A DNA stretch of 64,000 bases from Candidatus Ratteibacteria bacterium (GTDB taxonomy: Bacteria; Ratteibacteria; UBA8468; B48-G9; DTJG01), in assembly GCA_041656495.1 (NCBI GenBank), contig JBBADJ010000002.1, positions 1 through 64,000 on the forward strand, in the 5' to 3' direction. Positions 58,277 to 64,000 of the stretch are shown here, in pieces. The notes under the pieces are model-generated. The model ran no database searches. It was not told the origin of the DNA and worked only from the letters and a program-made list of their open reading frames with translations. The stretch's first letter is position 1. Every line of letters starts with the position of its first letter. The translations under genes and the position numbers were made by a program.

Positions 58277-60041
58277 ATCCTCGGGATCACTATGGGAAAA
58301 GGTAGTGGTCCTATCAATCCTTCTCTTTGTGATGTTGCGTCCTGTAATAGACGGAATCGCCTATCCTGGATTTAATCATTTCTGGAATTCTCTCTTTTTC
58401 TTTATCACTGCACTATTCATTGCGCAAAGATTTAGAGGAAAAGAAATCACGATCTCTATGGCTTCCGGAACTTTTCTTCTTTTCTTGCTCGCAATCGTCG
58501 TTTCATCCTTTTTTTCACAGGTTCCGTACCTTGCCGCAGAACGGATCTCATCGCTTCTTGGAATGTTTGTATTACTTATACTCTCTTCAGAATTTTTTGT
58601 ATCGCATCAACGGAAATTCCTGATAATGGCGATTGTGGCTGGCGTTCTGATCATCCTTCCTTATACAGTACATCAATCGTTCTGGGGCCTTGCCCAACTC
58701 CGTTCCATGATCGCCGCAAATCCAGATCTTATGGCGATGCTTCCTCCTAGTTACCTTGACCGCCTAGCAAGCAATAGAGCCTTCGCAACCCTTGTATACC
58801 CTAATATACTCGCAGGATACTTTCTTTTAGTCTATCCCATCCTCTTCTTTGGGATCTATTCAAAAAATCTTCTGCTACGACTCTTCTCTACGATACTTAC
58901 CGCGGGAGTTATCTGGGGGCTCTGGCTTACAGGTTCTTACGGAGGTCTTATTATATGTGGCGCAATCTCTGTTGGCATGCTTCTTTATTGCACTCTTCCC
59001 GAAAAACTCTTTCCACGCATCGTGTTTCTTACATTTTTCTGCGGCATTCTCCTTCTTATAGGAACTCTTTATCTCCATATTCTCCCTAAAATGAGTAGCC
59101 TCGCAGATAGGTTTCATTATTGGATGTCAGGTCTCTCTATTTTTCGTAAGTACCCTCTTGTGGGAAGCGGACCTGCAACCTTTGCGTTCGCCTACCCGCA
59201 ATATAAAATACCAGGAGCCATGGAGGCGAAATTTGCGCATAATATTCTTATAGAAATTCTCTCAGAGACCGGTATCATCGGATTTTCCGCTTTTCTTCTC
59301 TTTGTGGGACTGTCGCTTACAGAGATTTGGAAGAAACTTCTTTCATCACGATCCTTCCTCACCGCAGGATTTGCATTCAGTCTCATCGCCGTAGGGCTTC
59401 ATAGCTGTATTGATTTTGATTATGCGGATCCCTCACTTTCCGGTCTCGCCTTCATTCTCCTCGGAACCTTTTTTACTACAGGAAAAAGACCCGCCATACG
59501 GTTGACAAAAATCGGCGCAGGGGCTATGATACTTGTACTGTGCGCAGGAATCGCAGTGGAACAGGGGCGTGCAAAAACAGAACGGATTCTCGCCTACGCA
59601 CTGCAAAAACAGAACCAAAGAATATCGGCTTCCGCAATCACTGCGGTGCGCTTTCTTCCAGATGCGGAACTCTATGGTATACGCGGATCAATCTTCTGGA
59701 AAAAATATCTTGCGTATGGAGAGAAAGCCGACGCGGAAAAGGCGGTGCAAGAGTACAAAAAAGCTTCTCGCCTCAACCCTTTGTCGGTAAAATATCACAG
59801 AACGCTCGCATTAATATATTATAGACTCGGAGATATGCCTTCCGCGGAAATCTATTTTTCCCGGGTTCTGGCACTCTACCCAGTGAAACAACTCTACAAT
59901 TATGAAATGGCCCTTTTTTATCAAGAAACAGGACGTCCCGAGCTTGCAGAACGTTATTTCAAACTCTCTGAACAAATGCCAGGTGTTACAACAGAAGAAC
60001 AATTAACTCTTGAAGAGTATCAACATGGAAAAACTTTTTGA
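58245..60041 (+). CDS. O-antigen ligase/polymerase-like polytopic membrane protein with a C-terminal TPR domain
   Basis: About 12 TM helices and the Wzy_C/WaaL signature AKFAHNILIEILSETGIIG. C-terminal TPR helices (YHRTLALIYYRLGDMPSAEIYFSRVLALYP). Confidence 0.6.
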   Translation: MEKRTIPAPIKSSGSLWEKVVVLSILLFVMLRPVIDGIAYPGFNHFWNSLFFFITALFIAQRFRGKEITISMASGTFLLFLLAIVVSSFFSQVPYLAAERISSLLGMFVLLILSSEFFVSHQRKFLIMAIVAGVLIILPYTVHQSFWGLAQLRSMIAANPDLMAMLPPSYLDRLASNRAFATLVYPNILAGYFLLVYPILFFGIYSKNLLLRLFSTILTAGVIWGLWLTGSYGGLIICGAISVGMLLYCTLPEKLFPRIVFLTFFCGILLLIGTLYLHILPKMSSLADRFHYWMSGLSIFRKYPLVGSGPATFAFAYPQYKIPGAMEAKFAHNILIEILSETGIIGFSAFLLFVGLSLTEIWKKLLSSRSFLTAGFAFSLIAVGLHSCIDFDYADPSLSGLAFILLGTFFTTGKRPAIRLTKIGAGAMILVLCAGIAVEQGRAKTERILAYALQKQNQRISASAITAVRFLPDAELYGIRGSIFWKKYLAYGEKADAEKAVQEYKKASRLNPLSVKYHRTLALIYYRLGDMPSAEIYFSRVLALYPVKQLYNYEMALFYQETGRPELAERYFKLSEQMPGVTTEEQLTLEEYQHGKTF

Positions 60042-60750
60042 AGTTCAGTTACGAAAACCTGAAAAATCCTGCTTCTTCTCTTCGGTAGCCACTGAAGAAC
60101 CAGTACAGGGAGATCTCTGTATTTTTGAGCTTACGCAGGGAACCCAGGATTATGGAAAAATTCTGCGCGTGCTCAAACCTTCTCAAATTCCCGCTCATAC
60201 AGTTATAACAGGAAAAATTATACGAAAAACTAATGGCCACGATTATGCGGTTATCAGTGAAAACGAAGTTCTTAAATATGACGCATTCAAAATCTGTAAA
60301 GAAAAGATCGTAAAGTTAGAACTTCCGATGAAATTGATAGATGTCGCTTACTCGTATGATCGCACTGTCATTACCTTTTACTACTGGGCAGAAGGTCGTG
60401 TGGATTTTCGGCGGCTTGTGAAAGAACTTGCGGGTGTCTTTAGTTGTAGAATTGAAATGCGACAGATAGGACTGCGCGACGAGGCGAAAATGAAGGATGG
60501 ATATGGAATATGCGGTCAGCCGATCTGTTGTGCACGGTTCCTGAAGGAATTTGAGCCGATTGCAATGAAACTGGTCAAGTCGCAAAATCTTCCCCTTGAT
60601 ATGAATAAAATATCGGGGTTGTGCGGAAGGTTAATGTGTTGCCTTATCTTTGAAAGCAATCTCTATGAAGAGAAAGCAGAAGAAGAAAACAACAAAGAGA
60701 AGGAAAAGAATGAGGACCACAAAGAACCAGCAGAAGAGAGTACTTCTTAA
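60025..60750 (+). CDS. PSP1 C-terminal domain protein (RicT/YaaT-like)
   Basis: CGQPICCARFL and CGRLMCC cysteine motifs of the PSP1/RicT family, with an acidic C-terminal tail. Confidence 0.65.
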   Translation: MEKLFEVQLRKPEKSCFFSSVATEEPVQGDLCIFELTQGTQDYGKILRVLKPSQIPAHTVITGKIIRKTNGHDYAVISENEVLKYDAFKICKEKIVKLELPMKLIDVAYSYDRTVITFYYWAEGRVDFRRLVKELAGVFSCRIEMRQIGLRDEAKMKDGYGICGQPICCARFLKEFEPIAMKLVKSQNLPLDMNKISGLCGRLMCCLIFESNLYEEKAEEENNKEKEKNEDHKEPAEESTS

Positions 60751-60774
60751 AAGGATGTAATCAAGGAAATGAGA

Positions 60775-62274
60775 ATGAAATTCTATATCACCACGCCAAT
60801 CTATTATGTTAATGCACTTCCGCATATTGGACACAGTTATACCACTGTTGCCGCAGATTGTTTAGCACGGTACAGGAGAATGAAAGGAGATGAAACCTTC
60901 TTTCTGACAGGAACCGACGAACATGGAGATAAGATCGCACGGGCCGCTGAAAAACAAGGAATCTCTCCTGAAACCTTTGCGGATCAAATGGCGGCACACT
61001 ACCAACAGATGTGGAATAAACTTAATATTTCGTATGACAGATTTATCCGAACCACGGAATCCGCGCATAAAAAAGCGGTACAGGCTGTCTTTTCAAAACT
61101 TCTTGAAAAGGGCGATATCTATCAAGGAGAATATACAGGTCTATACTGTATCCACTGTGAAACGTTTATTCAAAACCCGGAAGAAGAGCACGGAAACCCT
61201 CTCTGTTCAGATTGTCACAGACCTATCCAGAAGATCTCGGAAAAGTCTTATTTTTTTAAACTCTCAAAATATCAGAAACCTCTTGAAGATTGGCTGAAAG
61301 ACCATCCTGATATGGTAGAGCCGGATTTTCGTCTCGGCGAGGTCAAAAACTTTATCTCTAAAGGTCTTATTGATCTAAGCGTTACCCGCCAAGTTGCAGG
61401 ATGGGGAATTCAATCTCCTACTCCGGAAAAATTTCCAATCTATGTATGGATAGATGCTCTTGTGAATTATCTGACAGGAATCGGATATCCGGAAACAGAT
61501 AATGAGAAATGGAGTTTCTGGCCCCCGGATATACAGTTAATTGGAAAAGATATTCTCAGGTTTCATGATATTATCTGGCCCGCGCTTCTGCTTGCGCTGG
61601 AACTTCCTCTTCCAAAAAAAATATTTGCCCATGGATGGTGGGTGATCAATAAGGAAAAAATCTCTAAATCTAAAGGAAACGCAATCAACCCAATGGACCT
61701 CATAGATATGTACGGAGTGGATGGGTTCCGTTATTTTATTATGCGAGAAATACCATTCGGCCTTGACGGCGAGTATTCTGAGACCCGTTTCATACAACGA
61801 TACAACAGCGACCTTGTCAATGATCTTGGAAACCTTATCAATAGAACTCTACACCTTGTTGAAAAAGATCATCACAACCGGGTTCCCTCCGCATCACCGG
61901 ATCAGACAATTATAGAGATGGCAAACACTATTTTACATACAGTAGATTCTGCCATGGAACGCCTCGCATTTCGAGATGCACTTCAGGAAATATGGACTAT
62001 AGCAGGATGGTTAAATAAATATATAGATACGAAAAAACCCTGGGACCCTAATAATACTGATAGAAAAGAAGTTCTTGCCACCTGTCTTGAAGGAATCCGA
62101 GTGCTTGCTCTTTTTATAGCGCCCTTTCTTCCTTCTACCGCAGAAAAAATATGGGAGATGCTCGGCATTTCAAAAGAATCACGGCCATTCTCTTTTAAGA
62201 TGATCTCCGAACGCCTTACAGAAGGCGCTCCCCTCTCCCAACGTTCCATACTTTTTAGGAGGATTAAACAGTGA
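60775..62274 (+). CDS. metG: Methionine--tRNA ligase (short form without the C-terminal tRNA-binding extension)
   Basis: HIGH (PHIGHSYT) and KISKS (KMSKS-type) motifs, and the Zn knuckle CIHCE...CSDC. Confidence 0.9.
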   Translation: MKFYITTPIYYVNALPHIGHSYTTVAADCLARYRRMKGDETFFLTGTDEHGDKIARAAEKQGISPETFADQMAAHYQQMWNKLNISYDRFIRTTESAHKKAVQAVFSKLLEKGDIYQGEYTGLYCIHCETFIQNPEEEHGNPLCSDCHRPIQKISEKSYFFKLSKYQKPLEDWLKDHPDMVEPDFRLGEVKNFISKGLIDLSVTRQVAGWGIQSPTPEKFPIYVWIDALVNYLTGIGYPETDNEKWSFWPPDIQLIGKDILRFHDIIWPALLLALELPLPKKIFAHGWWVINKEKISKSKGNAINPMDLIDMYGVDGFRYFIMREIPFGLDGEYSETRFIQRYNSDLVNDLGNLINRTLHLVEKDHHNRVPSASPDQTIIEMANTILHTVDSAMERLAFRDALQEIWTIAGWLNKYIDTKKPWDPNNTDRKEVLATCLEGIRVLALFIAPFLPSTAEKIWEMLGISKESRPFSFKMISERLTEGAPLSQRSILFRRIKQ

Positions 62275-62999
62275 ATCCCGTCTATAAACGGATTCTTCTT
62301 AAACTCTCCGGCGAATCTCTGCAGGAGAATGGAATAAGAGGAATTGATACAGAAGCCCTTCTCTCTATTACAAAAGAAATTTACGATATATGGAGACTCG
62401 GATGTGAAGTTGGAATCGTTATCGGCGGTGGAAATATCTTTCGCGGTTCTGAACGGAATAGAAAAGTGATAGAACGAGTTTCTGGAGATTATATGGGAAT
62501 GCTCGCGACAGTAATCAACGGACTTGCACTCCAAAACAGTCTTGAAACGTGCGGAGCGATAACAAGAGTTCTAAGTGCCTTGGAAATGCGGCAGTTGTGC
62601 GAACCCTATATAAGACGCCGCGCCATACGCCATATTGAAAAAGGGCGTATTGTTATTTTTGTCGGAGGAACAGGAAGCCCTTACTTTACCACTGATACCG
62701 CCGCGGCATTGAAAGCAGCGGAAATAGGAGCGGAAATTATCCTAAAAGCAACGAAGGTAGATGGTGTTTATTCCGATGATCCAAAACATAATCCCGAAGC
62801 AACCCGATTTGAAAAACTCTCCTATCAAGAGGTTCTTGACCGAAAATTGAAAATTATGGATAGCGCGGCAATCGCACTCTGTATGGAGAATGATATTCCA
62901 ATAGCGGTCTTTGATCTTTTCCAGAAAGAAAACCTGAAGAAAATCGTCTGTGGAGCAGGCATACGAACCCTTATTACTAACGAAGAAAAGAGATCCTGA
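62271..62999 (+). CDS. pyrH: UMP kinase
   Basis: KRILLKLSGE, GGGNIFRG, amino-acid-kinase fold, 242 aa. Confidence 0.9.
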   Translation: MNPVYKRILLKLSGESLQENGIRGIDTEALLSITKEIYDIWRLGCEVGIVIGGGNIFRGSERNRKVIERVSGDYMGMLATVINGLALQNSLETCGAITRVLSALEMRQLCEPYIRRRAIRHIEKGRIVIFVGGTGSPYFTTDTAAALKAAEIGAEIILKATKVDGVYSDDPKHNPEATRFEKLSYQEVLDRKLKIMDSAAIALCMENDIPIAVFDLFQKENLKKIVCGAGIRTLITNEEKRS

Positions 63000-63177
63000 C
63001 CACTCGCCTGACAGAAGAACGACTGCACGTTTCATTAGATAAGGAGATGGTACAATAAAAGATAAGAAGGAGAAAGAGTCAAGATAAAAAAAGTAATCTG
63101 CTCCAGTCAAAGCAAAAAGAGTATAGGATGAATTCTTCTCATGAGACTTACTTAACCTCGTTAAGAAGGAGGAATAT

Positions 63178-63735
63178 ATGCATACTAACGTATTAAAGCA
63201 GGCGGAGCAACAGATGAAAAAAGTTGAAGAGAATTTTGTAAAAGAGGTGGGATCTCTACGACTCGGCAGAGCTTCTATCTCTATGCTTGATACCATTATT
63301 GTAGAGTATTATGGATCTCGACTTCCGATAAACCAGCTTGCTACTATTACCATTCCACAACCTCAGCTTATCGTGATACAGCCATGGGATAAAGCCTCCA
63401 CAGAAAAGATTGTGAAGGCAATCCAGTTAAGCGATCTTGGATTCAATCCTCTCTCAGATGGAACGACTATTAAAGTGCCCGTTCCTCCAATGAGCGGAGA
63501 AAGAAGACAAGAGGTGGTAAAAATCCTGAAAAAAATGGAAGAACAGGCAAAGATTGAGATCCGTGAGATTAGAAGAAAAGCAAATGACGAGTTGAAGAAG
63601 ATGGAGAAGGAAAAAAAGATCTCAGAGGATAATTGTTTCACGAGCATAGAAAAAATACAAAAAAGTACTGATTCCTCAATTGCAAATTTAGAAAAGAAAA
63701 CTACCTCCAAAGAAGAAGAGATTCTTGAAACGTGA
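63178..63735 (+). CDS. frr: Ribosome recycling factor
   Basis: 185 aa, the typical RRF sequence ([17 protein letters not shown]). Confidence 0.9.
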   Translation: MHTNVLKQAEQQMKKVEENFVKEVGSLRLGRASISMLDTIIVEYYGSRLPINQLATITIPQPQLIVIQPWDKASTEKIVKAIQLSDLGFNPLSDGTTIKVPVPPMSGERRQEVVKILKKMEEQAKIEIREIRRKANDELKKMEKEKKISEDNCFTSIEKIQKSTDSSIANLEKKTTSKEEEILET

Positions 63736-64000
63736 GATATCCTGTTATTGCCATTGACGGACCCGCGGCCGCGGGAAAAAGTACCGTGGCGCGTATGGTT
63801 GCCGCATCTCTCGGATTTCTCTATGTGGATACAGGTGCGATGTATCGCGCCCTTACATTAAAAGCTCTTGCAACAAAACAAGATCTTAACAATAGTACAG
63901 CTCTTACAAAAATGGCTTCTGGCACCTCCCTTATCCTTTCTACAAAAAATAGCCGGTACCAAGTGCTTTTAGATGGTCGCGATGTAAGTTGTGAAATTCG
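63732..64000 (+). CDS. cmk: Cytidylate kinase (partial; GTG start overlapping the frr stop, runs off the window end)
   Basis: Hand translation from the GTG at 63732 gives [44 protein letters not shown], which has the P-loop and a Cmk N-terminus. Confidence 0.7.
   Translation, partial: MRYPVIAIDGPAAAGKSTVARMVAASLGFLYVDTGAMYRALTLKALATKQDLNNSTALTKMASGTSLILSTKNSRYQVLLDGRDVSCEI

Overview
This 64-kb window is a gene-dense bacterial chromosomal segment at roughly 45-47 % GC, with about 60 protein genes and 3 tRNAs. Positions 1 to about 55.6 kb are almost entirely minus-strand; from 55.8 kb onward the genes are plus-strand. Most of the content is recognisable housekeeping, in map order: the distal part of a type IV pilus-like pilM/N-pilO cluster, pheST, nadD, proAB, tyrA, a glutamate-synthase small-subunit-like protein, nadB, def, ilvD-thiC, two PfkA-family kinases flanking a LacD-family aldolase, purE, dapL-dapB, murA, prmC, prfA, rpmE, addAB, radC, a two-subunit fumarate hydratase, recO, phoH-ybeY-dgkA, aspS-hisS, a long-form nagB, uppP, pyrKD, metG, pyrH, frr and cmk. 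An LpxL-family acyltransferase and an O-antigen-ligase-like gene indicate a diderm (LPS-bearing) organism. Six items stand out. (1) At the window start, a gene of more than 500 codons built from about 174-bp tandem repeats encoding a Lys/Glu/Ala-rich protein is translationally coupled (ATGA overlaps) to a PilM-PilN fusion and a PilO-like gene. (2) An AT-rich, roughly 3-kb islet at 39.6-42.6 kb carries a DNA methyltransferase plus a putative restriction endonuclease and sits beside tRNA-Pro(CGG) and an unusual tRNA-Arg read as anticodon GCG. (3) A pfk/lacD-like/pfk module. (4) thiC with no TPP riboswitch, overlapping ilvD. (5) A DgkA-PAP2 fusion. (6) A secreted TPR/HEAT protein inserted between prfA and prmC. 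No rRNA, CRISPR array, transposase or integrase was recognised.
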